From: a virus
Virus record (IMG/VR): IMGVR_UViG_3300046092_000062
Coordinates: 61,866-125,865 of that record
Length of the DNA: 64,000 nucleotides
Strand: one strand, 5' to 3'
A model generated the notes under the pieces. That model was not told where the DNA came from, made no database searches, and saw nothing but the letters and a program-made list of their open reading frames with translations. The position numbers and the translations under genes are program-made. Of the stretch, positions 24,674 to 33,750 are shown piece after piece. Positions within the stretch are counted from its first letter, which is position 1. Each line of letters begins with the position of its first letter.

Positions 24674-24829
24674 ATGGATAAATTTGAACAAATTGGAAAG
24701 CTGGCTGAAGCGGCAATTCTTATTCAGGAAGTGATTGCCCATGCACATCCTGATTTCCGTGCAGAACTGCAAACCATAGCCGACGATGTTGCTAACATTG
24801 CCGACGATATTGAATTGGAAGAAGAGTAA
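24674..24829 (+). CDS. small acidic hypothetical protein (51 aa)
   Basis: A below-cutoff ORF in an early small-gene region. Confidence 0.25.
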   Translation: MDKFEQIGKLAEAAILIQEVIAHAHPDFRAELQTIADDVANIADDIELEEE

Positions 24830-24884
24830 CCCCGCAGTGTGCGTAGGGGCAATGTCAATAAGACCCCTCCGATAAGGAATTAAA

Positions 24885-25109
24885 ATGATTTTGTGGGACG
24901 CAGAAACAAGGTTGTATCTCTTTACAGAAAAAGAGTTTGAACAACTGCCCGACGGCATTGAGTTAGAGACAATCGGCGGTAAATTTAAAGTCAAAGGACA
25001 AGACACAATCGATCTCGACACACGTATGGGCTATTTGGCTTTTGGTGTGCGAAATCCATTTGAACACGAACACAAGGACCTGTTCCTCTTGTTCACATTA
25101 GCGGAGTAA
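24885..25109 (+). CDS. hypothetical protein
   Basis: ORF track entry. Confidence 0.4.
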   Translation: MILWDAETRLYLFTEKEFEQLPDGIELETIGGKFKVKGQDTIDLDTRMGYLAFGVRNPFEHEHKDLFLLFTLAE

Positions 25110-25112
25110 ACG

Positions 25113-25559
25113 ATGAAATCATGGGACGTTGATAAAGATGATGCTGAGTGGGGAGGGTTTGAACGTACCCCGCGTCAAACAAAGTTTGAAAAGTTTGCTG
25201 TTGAGGCAATGGAAGAACTTGAAGCAAATGGCATGGCCGATCTCTTGTTGCTCAAGAACGATAAATTGCGTGAGTGGTGGAAGGTGCACAAAGAAGAGGA
25301 AGCCAGGAAACTTGCAGCTCGTCTGGAAAAAGAACGTGTTGCCCGAGTAAGGGAAGAAGCACTGGCCAAACTGTCCACAGAAGAGCGCAAGGTCTTGGGC
25401 ATCTCCACTGGCACTCGCAGAACGCGGAACACAAAGTCGCCCTCTGAGATGTGGCAAGGAGTAATGCACAGCGATGGCAGATTAACTGTAGTCTCTGTAG
25501 ACGATCTTGAGCAACGTTGGAGTGACTATTCTGAAAACGAGGATGATGAATTATCATGA
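25113..25559 (+). CDS. hypothetical protein (charged, coiled-coil)
   Basis: ORF track entry. Confidence 0.5.
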   Translation: MKSWDVDKDDAEWGGFERTPRQTKFEKFAVEAMEELEANGMADLLLLKNDKLREWWKVHKEEEARKLAARLEKERVARVREEALAKLSTEERKVLGISTGTRRTRNTKSPSEMWQGVMHSDGRLTVVSVDDLEQRWSDYSENEDDELS

Positions 25560-25792
25560 GTGAACGAGCAAGAGAATACTTCAAGACATACCCATGTCCA
25601 AATGAGCCTAAATACTTTACAGTATTTGGTTACTTGGTGTCTGTGAATTGGGCCAATGATTGCTGGACGCATATCACAGATCGTGAAAATGAAAAGACTG
25701 ACTACTTGCACTTTGGTAAAGTGCGTAACATGAAGGGCCAGACCATGTATGAAATCGTCATCTGGCGCTTCTTAATGCTGTGGGGCAAATAA
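25556..25792 (+). CDS. hypothetical protein
   Basis: ORF track entry with an overlapping start and stop. Confidence 0.45.
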   Translation: MSERAREYFKTYPCPNEPKYFTVFGYLVSVNWANDCWTHITDRENEKTDYLHFGKVRNMKGQTMYEIVIWRFLMLWGK

Positions 25793-25801
25793 GGAAACAC
25801 T

Positions 25802-26326
25802 ATGAAAACAACTAAACAATGGCTCGAACAAATCAAAGCAGATCCAGTAAAACTCAAGCAGTGGCTTGAACGTCAATACATCGGCGAGTACTTAGCAGCA
25901 GAGCGCATTGCTGATCTTGCGCATGAACAACGTGCTACACGATTTGGTCGAGTGCTGGAAAACATTGCAATTGATGAACTTACACATTCCAAGTGGGTTG
26001 GCAAGTTGCTTACTGATCGCGGCATGACTTTGCCCGAGCCTACAATAAAGGACACACGTTATTGGGAACCAATCCTGAATAACTTGCACACCTTTGAAGA
26101 AATTGCGGGTGCAGGACACCACGCCGAAACCATGCGATTGCGTCGCATCCGTGCATTGGCAGCAGATGAAGAAATTGCACAAGACATTCGCGATGTGTTT
26201 GCAAAGATTCTGCCCGATGAAGAATTCCATGCCAAAGCGTTTGCAGCAATGAGCACAACAGATGCAATTGAAAGCACCCGTGAGCTGCACAACATGGGCC
26301 TGGAAATGCTGGGACTGGAAGTTTAA
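25802..26326 (+). CDS. ferritin-like di-iron carboxylate protein (two ExxH motifs: DELTHSKW and DEEFHAKAF)
   Basis: The spacing of the two ExxH motifs fits a di-iron four-helix bundle. Confidence 0.45.
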   Translation: MKTTKQWLEQIKADPVKLKQWLERQYIGEYLAAERIADLAHEQRATRFGRVLENIAIDELTHSKWVGKLLTDRGMTLPEPTIKDTRYWEPILNNLHTFEEIAGAGHHAETMRLRRIRALAADEEIAQDIRDVFAKILPDEEFHAKAFAAMSTTDAIESTRELHNMGLEMLGLEV

Positions 26327-26356
26327 AAAGTAGTACTAGAGTATTACATATTTTGG

Positions 26357-26385
26357 TTGCTCAGAAATGGTCCTTTTGCTATAAT
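26357..26385 (+). promoter_or_regulatory. early promoter cassette TTGCTC-17 bp-TATAAT followed by the leader ACATAGCAAG
   Basis: A member of the family. Confidence 0.5.
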
Positions 26386-26410
26386 ATACACATAGCAAGA
26401 AGGGCCAGCA

Positions 26411-26698
26411 ATGCGTGTAGAAACCAAAGTTAAAATCATTATTTGGACTGTAACATTAGTTACTACTTTTGTTGTAGGCTTCTTAATGCTGCTAATGATT
26501 AACGAAGCATTTGGCACAGAAACCCCAGTGGGCGAGCCCTATGTAGCTAGTTATAGTTACTGCGCCGTTACTACACACGGTGTTAAGGGTCAAAGCTGGT
26601 GTAGCCAGTACAAAACAGGTCACGAAATGCGCCAAAAAACCCACATAAAAGGCCTGTTTTTTGACGGTACAGGCGATCATTTGGTTGTCCAGAAATGA
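26411..26698 (+). CDS. small membrane/secreted protein
   Basis: ORF track entry with an N-terminal transmembrane segment. Confidence 0.45.
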   Translation: MRVETKVKIIIWTVTLVTTFVVGFLMLLMINEAFGTETPVGEPYVASYSYCAVTTHGVKGQSWCSQYKTGHEMRQKTHIKGLFFDGTGDHLVVQK

Positions 26699-26713
26699 TT
26701 TTGGTTGTATAAT
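26685..26713 (+). promoter_or_regulatory. early promoter cassette TTGTCC-AGAAATGA..-TATAAT followed by the leader ACATAGCAAGCAAA
   Basis: A member of the family. Confidence 0.5.
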
Positions 26714-26746
26714 AACTACATAGCAAGCAAACAACAGGAGCAGAAA

Positions 26747-27172
26747 ATGACAGCAACTACACAACGTGATCCAAAGTGGGACGAGCGCATGGAAGTTCAA
26801 GCACAGCACATTCGCTGGCGCGAACAGTTTTACGGTGTGAAGTTTAACCTGCTCCAAAAGGCTTACGCTCACTTCCGTATGTTCTTTGTCAATAAACACA
26901 CAATCATTGGTGCTAACTGCACATTGGCTGACTACTGCGACAAGTACAAGACAGTTGATGGTCTGCGTGAAGCCATTGGTGACACTCCTAACACTGACAA
27001 GCGCAAAGCATACTTCCATGTTTTGACAGACGCTGGCAAGTTTGCTGCTTGGGCTATCCGTGTACCGTTTTTGTTGGTTGCACTGGCATTTGTCATTGTG
27101 CGCGAAGTGGCTGACTTGTGCGTAACAGGCGTACAAAAAGTGACCCAAATGTTGCCTGGTTCAATCGACTAA
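26747..27172 (+). CDS. hypothetical protein
   Basis: ORF 26705..27172 trimmed to the ATG at 26747, which has an ACAGGAG ribosome-binding site. Position 26705 lies inside the promoter. Confidence 0.5.
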   Translation: MTATTQRDPKWDERMEVQAQHIRWREQFYGVKFNLLQKAYAHFRMFFVNKHTIIGANCTLADYCDKYKTVDGLREAIGDTPNTDKRKAYFHVLTDAGKFAAWAIRVPFLLVALAFVIVREVADLCVTGVQKVTQMLPGSID

Positions 27173-27366
27173 TACAGTAAGTAAAGGAACACTATGCAAG
27201 CCTGTGTAAACGCCCTGATTATATTGAGCCCAATCCTGTTGATGGGATTGGCAATCATTGCTTATAACATCTTTGTTCCAGGTCAAAGCCGTGAAGATCG
27301 AATTGAAGAACAGTGTTCGAGAATTGAAGCCAAGTGGGCTCGTATGGCCAAGGAAGGTAAACTGTA

Positions 27367-27495
27367 ATGTATATCGAAATGACAGCCTTTGCTATTCCAA
27401 CTTTCATTATCACAATTTTCAAAGTGTGTGCAATGATTGTGGGTGTTTGGTTAGCCCTTGCACTGATTGTTGGCATGTTCTATCCTAGCAACTAA
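27367..27495 (+). CDS. small transmembrane peptide (42 aa)
   Basis: A hydrophobic ORF in the intergenic gap, coupled by TAATG to a preceding 41-codon ORF (27242..27367). Confidence 0.3.
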   Translation: MYIEMTAFAIPTFIITIFKVCAMIVGVWLALALIVGMFYPSN

Positions 27496-27504
27496 GGAGT
27501 TGAC

Positions 27505-27774
27505 GTGTTCAAACTTAAAGTTGGTGATGTTTGTAAATTGAATGAAACCATCCCTGGCATTCACAAATGTGATGATTGGAAGACAGGCTTGTATCGTGTG
27601 ACAAACATTTGGGCACTAGGCTGTGTTGGCAAAGATCGAGAAGACCCACGCCGCCAAAGTTATAAGTTTGAGAAAATCAAAAAAGACGGCACAGTTTACA
27701 AAAGTTTCAACAACGGATATCGTTGCCAAGCGTGGGATAAAATGATCGACGAAGGTCGAGTGGAGATTGTATGA
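27505..27774 (+). CDS. hypothetical protein
   Basis: A GTG start with an AAGGAG ribosome-binding site. Confidence 0.45.
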   Translation: MFKLKVGDVCKLNETIPGIHKCDDWKTGLYRVTNIWALGCVGKDREDPRRQSYKFEKIKKDGTVYKSFNNGYRCQAWDKMIDEGRVEIV

Positions 27775-28100
27775 TTACTGCAAAAGAAGCCAAAGAACTG
27801 TATGACCAAAGTGGGCAAGAGGTTGAAGACTTCTTGAAACACAACGTTGAGCAAGCAGTGGTCAAAGCCGCAGAAGGTGGCAAGCGTCAAGTGTTTATCC
27901 ATATGGGTAGTGTGAAACAGTTTGAGTACCTGGATCGTACTATTACACCTTTACAACAGGCAGTAGCAGACAAACTCAAAACATTGGGTTATCGTGCTGA
28001 TATTAAGTTAGACGGTGACAAGTATGTTCCACGAGGTCTAGCAGACGACAACGGCAATGGTCCTACAATTCAAAACTACGGTATTCAGATTAGCTGGTAA
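27771..28100 (+). CDS. hypothetical protein
   Basis: ORF track entry. Confidence 0.45.
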   Translation: MITAKEAKELYDQSGQEVEDFLKHNVEQAVVKAAEGGKRQVFIHMGSVKQFEYLDRTITPLQQAVADKLKTLGYRADIKLDGDKYVPRGLADDNGNGPTIQNYGIQISW

Positions 28101-28109
28101 GGACGCAAA

Positions 28110-28397
28110 ATGGCATTGGACAAAAACATTGCACCGGGCACAGTAATTAAGGTCAAGAGCCTTAAAGGTAAAACTGCGGGCATTTGGGTGGGCGGTTCAA
28201 ATATGAATTCGATCACTCTTTGGGACCCTAATGCTTTAGGTCAGGCTAAATTGGCAACGTCTCAAGTTGGGGACACATTGATTGTAATTAAAAAACCCCG
28301 TAAAGTGTACGGGATCAATGTGTGTCGGGTTGAAACTGCTAATGGCATTCAGGGCGAAGTGTATTGGACAGAACTCCGTTCCAACTGTGAGGTATGA
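28110..28397 (+). CDS. hypothetical protein
   Basis: ORF track entry. Confidence 0.45.
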   Translation: MALDKNIAPGTVIKVKSLKGKTAGIWVGGSNMNSITLWDPNALGQAKLATSQVGDTLIVIKKPRKVYGINVCRVETANGIQGEVYWTELRSNCEV

Positions 28398-28398
28398 A

Positions 28399-29082
28399 AT
28401 GAACGAACTTACGCAAATCCGCAGCATGGCGGAAATGATTATCGAAAAGGTTGACGCATTGGAAGGTGCAACGCCAAAGTCAAAGTTCCAAGTTGGTGAT
28501 CGTGTACGTTCGATTAGCGGACCGTCCTATGGCGCTATTGGAACAGTGGTCACAGTTAGCGGCAATCTTTATTATTGCAAGTTCGACCACGGTGTGTATC
28601 ATCATGGATACAACCACGAAGACGGCCTTATATTGACCAAGTGTGATGCAGAGCCAAAATTCAAAGTCGGTGATTGCGTCCGCCACACTGGCGTGACGGG
28701 TAACAACACGGGCAAAGTCACTGGAATTCATAAGCTCGACGGACATTATCGCTATCGCTATCTTGTTCTGCTTGACAACGGTGAACACACCCATATCATT
28801 GAGCCTCAGCTTGCATTAGTTGAAGCCGATCGTAAATGGCACAGTGGTCCGCCGCCCCATGTTGGATGGTGGAACGCAAGTTATTATGATGGACACAACC
28901 GAAACATGAGTTGGCGTTGGTGGAATGGTGAATACTGGTCACATCTTGTATTTCCCTTTGATTCAATTGTGATGGTTGGTATCAGTTCAGGCGAGTTTGA
29001 TGATTATCAAGATAAAATTCAATGGACCGACTACTGGCCAGAGAACGCTCGTGTGCCACGCATTAACCCAACAAAAGCATGA
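28399..29082 (+). CDS. hypothetical protein with two tandem KOW/SH3-like KF(Q/K)VGDxVR repeats
   Basis: ORF 28318..29082 trimmed to the ATG at 28399 after a GAGG ribosome-binding site. An internal duplication is visible. Confidence 0.5.
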   Translation: MNELTQIRSMAEMIIEKVDALEGATPKSKFQVGDRVRSISGPSYGAIGTVVTVSGNLYYCKFDHGVYHHGYNHEDGLILTKCDAEPKFKVGDCVRHTGVTGNNTGKVTGIHKLDGHYRYRYLVLLDNGEHTHIIEPQLALVEADRKWHSGPPPHVGWWNASYYDGHNRNMSWRWWNGEYWSHLVFPFDSIVMVGISSGEFDDYQDKIQWTDYWPENARVPRINPTKA

Positions 29083-29261
29083 GAGGCCAAACAGCACAAT
29101 ATCGTTGTCGCTCTTGTGGTGGGCTTTTCGTTGCACGAGTTGCTGATAGAAATCGCGGATGGGCAAAGTTCTGTGGTAAGGCTTGCAAACAAATAATGCA
29201 AGAAGAAGCAAAGAAAATTTGGAAGGTACTGAAAAATGGCGGGTTACGAGTTAATTCTTAA
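29079..29261 (+). CDS. zinc-ribbon protein (CRSCGG...CGKAC)
   Basis: ORF track entry with Cys pairs. Confidence 0.4.
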   Translation: MRGQTAQYRCRSCGGLFVARVADRNRGWAKFCGKACKQIMQEEAKKIWKVLKNGGLRVNS

Positions 29262-29598
29262 AGTTAAACGTCTCGAAGATACTCTGCACAAGATGGGTAT
29301 GCGTTGGGGCTACGACAAACACAATGGCCAGTGGGGCGGCAGCGAGTTTGGCGATCGTGTAGCAGTGTACCCACGTGATGAAGAACTGCCGGTTTATGCC
29401 CGTGATGCTATGTTGTTTAGCGGAACCATTGATCAGCTTCAAGTGTGGATTACTGGCATTGAATGGGCCCGCGGCTACGACATGATCAACAAAGTTAGTG
29501 ACGAAAAGAAACGTGCCCGCAAGGAACAAGATCGTCGCAACGAAAACATGATGCGCCGCCTTAAAAACGAAGAAGTCATTGGGAAAGGTCACGCTTGA
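29236..29598 (+). CDS. hypothetical protein
   Basis: ORF track entry. Confidence 0.45.
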   Translation: MAGYELILKVKRLEDTLHKMGMRWGYDKHNGQWGGSEFGDRVAVYPRDEELPVYARDAMLFSGTIDQLQVWITGIEWARGYDMINKVSDEKKRARKEQDRRNENMMRRLKNEEVIGKGHA

Positions 29599-29623
29599 CC
29601 CGAAATGATTTTGGTGTTATAAT
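29595..29623 (+). promoter_or_regulatory. early promoter cassette TTGACC-CGAAATGA..-TATAAT followed by the leader ACATAGCAGCAAAAAGG
   Basis: A member of the family. Confidence 0.5.
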
Positions 29624-29650
29624 AACTACATAGCAGCAAAAAGGTACCCG

Positions 29651-29917
29651 ATGATTAACGAAGCAATGTTCCGCAATCGCAGTCAGTTTAACGAGTTTAC
29701 TATGAGCCTGCGCCGTATGTGCGAAGTTACTGGTCCAACTCGTGTGCAGTTGCGTAATGGGTGCATTACTACTTTAGTATACAAGCCCTCTGATGAAAAA
29801 CGGGACGAAGAAGCTATGTTTCACACCACAAGTTGGTCGTTGGTTTGGTACCCAGATGGGTCCAGCTGCAAAAACGCAGATCTCGACATTGTGCGCATGG
29901 GCATTGACATTCAATGA
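29651..29917 (+). CDS. hypothetical protein
   Basis: ORF track entry. Confidence 0.45.
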   Translation: MINEAMFRNRSQFNEFTMSLRRMCEVTGPTRVQLRNGCITTLVYKPSDEKRDEEAMFHTTSWSLVWYPDGSSCKNADLDIVRMGIDIQ

Positions 29918-29932
29918 AAACGGTGTTATAAT
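29904..29932 (+). promoter_or_regulatory. early promoter cassette TTGACA-TTCAATGAAAA..-TATAAT followed by the leader ACATAGACAGCAACAAAGG
   Basis: A member of the family. It overlaps the 3' end of the preceding CDS. Confidence 0.5.
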
Positions 29933-29961
29933 ATACACATAGACAGCAACAAAGGACATAT

Positions 29962-31092
29962 ATGAAAAAGTTTCTAGCAGCACTCGCGTTTGGTTTGATG
30001 GCAATTGCCGCTCAAGCTGAGGCAACATTTGATCAGATCCAGGGACTGATCCAACAGCAACAATATGCCGCAGCAGCGCAAGGACTGGAAGTGATTATCC
30101 AAAATCACCCCAAGTCAGCTAAAGCATTTTATGCAATGGCACAAGCACAAGCAGGCTTGGGCAATCAAGAAAAAGCACAAAAGGCGCTTAACATTGCAAC
30201 AGGCTTGAACCCTGCACTGGACTTTGCTCCGGCTAGTAGCGTGGCAAGTTTGAAGGAAGCAATTACTCCGCAAACTAAGAAGATTGAGTCAATCGAGGAA
30301 ACGCATTTTTGGCGTAATACAATCATGGCGCTTATCTTGGCTGGCGCAGGTATTTGGGTGTTCATGATGTATATGCGTAAAGAGCAAGAAGCCGAAGCAA
30401 AGGCAGAAGCAGAACGTCAAGCAGAACTGGACCGTATCCGTGAAGAACGTGATGCAAAGCGTAAGCAAGAACACATGGAAATGCTTGCCAAACAAGATGC
30501 AGAACGCAAAGCTGAACTGGCCGCAGAAGCAGCATTGAAAGCACACAAGAATTATGGTCACGAACGTTTCGACCCAGCTAATCCCGACAAGTTGAAAACA
30601 GTCAAGCAGTTCAAAGAAGAAAAACTTGCAGAAGAAATGGTAGCTAAGGCCCGTGCAGAAGCAGCAGAAGCTCGAGCTCGTGCAGATGCCGCAGAAGCAA
30701 GAGGTCGCGGATACTACACTCCAGCTCAAGCTGTTCAGCCAACTCAGACAGTGGTGCATACTAGCTCGGGTAGCAACGACATGCTGACTGGTGTGTTGAT
30801 TGGTAACATGTTGAGCAACAGTGGTCACCACCATGACACTGAGCGCACTGTGATCCGCGAAACTGTGCGTGAAGTTCCTGCTCCTAGCAAGTCTAGCACA
30901 TGGGATGACACTACTATCCGCGAAGAAAAGTCTAGCACATGGGACACACCTGCACCATCACGCAGCTCTAGCTGGGATGACAGTTCAAGCAAGAGTAGCT
31001 CAAGCTGGTCTAGTTCAAGCAGCGACTCTAGCTCAAGCTGGAGCAGCAGCGATAGTTCTAGCAGCAGCGACAGTTCATCAAGCTGGGATTAA
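29962..31092 (+). CDS. secreted/membrane-anchored protein: signal peptide, TPR-like region, one transmembrane segment, a charged coiled coil, and a C-terminal Ser/Asp-rich tail with SSSW repeats
   Basis: The N-terminus is MKKFLAALAFGLMAIAAQA, the hydrophobic segment is ALILAGAGIWVFMMYM, and the C-terminus is SSSWDDSSSKSSSSWSSSSSDSSSSW.... Confidence 0.5.
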   Translation: MKKFLAALAFGLMAIAAQAEATFDQIQGLIQQQQYAAAAQGLEVIIQNHPKSAKAFYAMAQAQAGLGNQEKAQKALNIATGLNPALDFAPASSVASLKEAITPQTKKIESIEETHFWRNTIMALILAGAGIWVFMMYMRKEQEAEAKAEAERQAELDRIREERDAKRKQEHMEMLAKQDAERKAELAAEAALKAHKNYGHERFDPANPDKLKTVKQFKEEKLAEEMVAKARAEAAEARARADAAEARGRGYYTPAQAVQPTQTVVHTSSGSNDMLTGVLIGNMLSNSGHHHDTERTVIRETVREVPAPSKSSTWDDTTIREEKSSTWDTPAPSRSSSWDDSSSKSSSSWSSSSSDSSSSWSSSDSSSSSDSSSSWD

Positions 31093-31094
31093 TT

Positions 31095-31235
31095 ATGTTT
31101 TTTGCTGACCTTTTTATGATTACAATGACGTTTGTAATGTTGATTGGACTGTTCTTCATGTTTGATGAAGTTATCCTTAAAGGTTATTTTGCAACAAAAC
31201 TTCGTAAACGGTTTAACGTAGAGGACTTGAAATGA
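31095..31235 (+). CDS. small transmembrane peptide (46 aa)
   Basis: A hydrophobic ORF joined to the next gene by an ATGA start-stop overlap. Confidence 0.3.
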   Translation: MFFADLFMITMTFVMLIGLFFMFDEVILKGYFATKLRKRFNVEDLK

Positions 31236-31465
31236 CACAAACAATTTACGGACTAACATGCGACTATGGTGATGGCAGTGCTGGTATGCGTTGGTATCGC
31301 AACAAAGCAACAGTTGACGCCAAACTAGATGAAGACAGTCCGGACTGGGATGAGATGATGTATGGCAACGAAGGTACACCTAGCATGGTGCTAACTTTCC
31401 CGGCAGACTTAGATCTCGAGAAGTGTGGATTTAGGTTTGATGATAACGAGGACGATGATTTATGA
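31232..31465 (+). CDS. small acidic protein
   Basis: ORF track entry. Confidence 0.45.
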   Translation: MTQTIYGLTCDYGDGSAGMRWYRNKATVDAKLDEDSPDWDEMMYGNEGTPSMVLTFPADLDLEKCGFRFDDNEDDDL

Positions 31466-31575
31466 TTTTAATCGTAGAGTTTTTAATGGCATGTGGCTTA
31501 GTAGCGATTGTGGGTAGTTTGATCTACGCTGGCTACAAAGCAGGTAAAGCAAGTTCAACAACGGATAAAAAGGAA
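31462..31575 (+). CDS. small transmembrane peptide (37 aa)
   Basis: A hydrophobic ORF with an overlapping start and stop. Confidence 0.3.
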
Positions 31576-31583
31576 TAATCCAA

Positions 31584-32435
31584 ATGTTTTCAATCGTATT
31601 TTTTGCACTCTTGGCATTGGTTGCTGCTGGTGCTATCAGCGTCTTTCTTAATCAGAAAGCACTTGGCACACTAGTAGGTATTGTCATCTTTATCGGTGGC
31701 ATGGCGTTTAGTTCATTCACTGTTATCAGTGCTGGACACACAGGCGTTATTGTTACCCTAGGTGAAGTTAACCCGGTAACACTTACTGAAGGTTGGCACC
31801 TTGTTAATCCGGTGAGCCAAGTTAAAGACGTTAACGTTCAACTTCAGCGCACTCAGCTAGCAGGTGCTAACGCAAGTACCAAAGACTTGCAGGTTGTACA
31901 CACTGACATCGTTGTTCAGTATCGACTACACGCAGACAAAGTGCCGCACATCTACAAAGAGTACGGCTTGAATGTGGATGACAAGGTTCTTGGTCCAGCT
32001 ATTAACGAAGCGTTCAAATCAATCACTGCCAAATACACAAGTGAGGAATTGGTTACTAAGCGACAGATTGTTAGTGACGAAATCCAAACTATGTTGAAGG
32101 GTAAAGTTGCTCCGTTTGACATCGACGTAAGTGGTATTAGTTTGGTTAACTTTGGATTCTCAGCAGAGTACCAAAAGGCCATTGAGCAGAAGGTTATTGC
32201 TACTCAACAAACAGCCAAAGCTGAACAAGACTTGGCTCGTATTAAAGTTGAAGCCGCAAGCCGTATCGCTCAAGCTGAAGGTGAAGCCAAAGCTATTGCT
32301 ATTCAAGCAAGTGCTATCCAAAGCAATGGTGGACAGAACTATGTGCAGTTGCAATGGATTGAGAAATGGAATGGCAAATTGCCAGACACTGTGCTCAATG
32401 GCAACTCTAGTATGATGTTGAACATGGGCAAATAA
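31584..32435 (+). CDS. SPFH/band-7 (stomatin/prohibitin/HflK-like) membrane protein
   Basis: An N-terminal transmembrane segment and the SPFH core (GVIVTLGEV...VQLQRTQ...) are present. A terminator follows. Confidence 0.7.
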   Translation: MFSIVFFALLALVAAGAISVFLNQKALGTLVGIVIFIGGMAFSSFTVISAGHTGVIVTLGEVNPVTLTEGWHLVNPVSQVKDVNVQLQRTQLAGANASTKDLQVVHTDIVVQYRLHADKVPHIYKEYGLNVDDKVLGPAINEAFKSITAKYTSEELVTKRQIVSDEIQTMLKGKVAPFDIDVSGISLVNFGFSAEYQKAIEQKVIATQQTAKAEQDLARIKVEAASRIAQAEGEAKAIAIQASAIQSNGGQNYVQLQWIEKWNGKLPDTVLNGNSSMMLNMGK

Positions 32436-32436
32436 T

Positions 32437-32457
32437 AAAAGGGCTTCGGCCCTTTTT
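32437..32457 (+). terminator. rho-independent terminator AAGGGC-TTCG-GCCCTT followed by T tract
   Basis: A stem, a tetraloop and a U tract lie immediately after the stop. Confidence 0.6.
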
Positions 32458-32468
32458 AGGAGTTTAAA

Positions 32469-32837
32469 ATGAAACGTGTAATTGGAATTTTAGCAGCAGT
32501 ATTGTTAGTGGGTTGTGGTGGACGTACAGACGAGGAAGCCAAAGTCTTACTGTCTGCTCCTGCCGTTAACTTTGTTGGAGTGTACGAAGGCTGTGAAGTC
32601 AAGTACGTGGATCGTGGATACCAAAATAAGAGCTTCTATATTGCCAAGTGTGGCAGTACCACTACAGCTACTCGCAACTACAGCGAGCAGTCGGGCAAGA
32701 CCACAGTGTTTCGCAGCAGCACAGTAATCACACAAGAGCTTGATAAGCTGCAAGCTGAGAAAGCCGCAGCAGAAACAAAAGAACGAGCTCTTGAAAAGTT
32801 AACACCAACTGAACGTGCAGCGTTGGGGATCAAATGA
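32469..32837 (+). CDS. lipoprotein (lipobox LVGC)
   Basis: The N-terminus is MKRVIGILAAVLLVGCGG. Confidence 0.6.
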   Translation: MKRVIGILAAVLLVGCGGRTDEEAKVLLSAPAVNFVGVYEGCEVKYVDRGYQNKSFYIAKCGSTTTATRNYSEQSGKTTVFRSSTVITQELDKLQAEKAAAETKERALEKLTPTERAALGIK

Positions 32838-33088
32838 ACGAACGAATTCGAGAACTTACTAAACAGGCTGGTATTAGTATTCTGTATGAATATGATGGAT
32901 ATGATGGTCACGCCGCAGTAGCCAACTTGAAGGACATTGAAAAGTTTGCCGAGTTGATTGTTCGGGAATGTTTAGATATTGCTAAAAATTGGGAAGACGA
33001 ACTAGAAAATGCCAACATGCTCAGCGAATCAAATGCAGCTGGCATCGTGGCATATCGAATCGCCCGACAATTTGGAGTTGAAGAATGA
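32834..33088 (+). CDS. hypothetical protein
   Basis: ORF track entry. Confidence 0.4.
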   Translation: MNERIRELTKQAGISILYEYDGYDGHAAVANLKDIEKFAELIVRECLDIAKNWEDELENANMLSESNAAGIVAYRIARQFGVEE

Positions 33089-33393
33089 TCTACAAAGAAT
33101 TTTTTCAAGACGCAAAAGTTGCTGTCAAGAACATCTCAGGTTACGCATGGATCGGCATTAAGAGTATTTCCAAGATCATTGGATATGCAATACTGTTTAC
33201 TGTAGTATGTTTCGTTGTTGGCGCTATTGCATTTCAGTTTCCGTGGGTCACTGCTACTGTAGTTGCTATGCTAGCAGCCTGCGCATTATTCTGGATAGAA
33301 CTAGAAACTGTTAGGTTCGTTCGTGAAAAGGAACAGCTTGAACAAGCCTGGCGAGATGAAAAGAACAAGCCAGCGCACGGAGATGTAAAATGA
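33085..33393 (+). CDS. small membrane protein
   Basis: ORF track entry with two transmembrane segments. Confidence 0.45.
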   Translation: MIYKEFFQDAKVAVKNISGYAWIGIKSISKIIGYAILFTVVCFVVGAIAFQFPWVTATVVAMLAACALFWIELETVRFVREKEQLEQAWRDEKNKPAHGDVK

Positions 33394-33590
33394 AGTGGTT
33401 TGGTCGCACTGGCGGATACTACATTTTCTGGACAGGCTTTGTTTACCTTTGGGTGGGCCTGTTAAACATCTATTACAAGTTCTGTCCGGCAGAACTAATT
33501 CAAGTGCTATGGATTGTATCATTGATACTGCCACTAACAGTTAAACCTGTTGCACGGTATTTTAATATGAAACTATTTTGGGAGGAATGA
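33390..33590 (+). CDS. small membrane protein
   Basis: ORF track entry. Confidence 0.4.
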   Translation: MKWFGRTGGYYIFWTGFVYLWVGLLNIYYKFCPAELIQVLWIVSLILPLTVKPVARYFNMKLFWEE

Positions 33591-33591
33591 T

Positions 33592-33750
33592 ATGGACGAT
33601 GATATGAAGTGGTTTATGATCGCTATGATTTTTGTTATGGGATTGCCAATGGCAGGACTTGCATACTCCGACTATCAAAAGAGTCAGTGTAAGCTAGCCG
33701 GCATTGCTGCACACATGCCAACAGACGATATTGCAAAGGTGTGTAAATGA
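33592..33750 (+). CDS. small membrane peptide (52 aa)
   Basis: A below-cutoff ORF with a GGAGG ribosome-binding site. Confidence 0.3.
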   Translation: MDDDMKWFMIAMIFVMGLPMAGLAYSDYQKSQCKLAGIAAHMPTDDIAKVCK

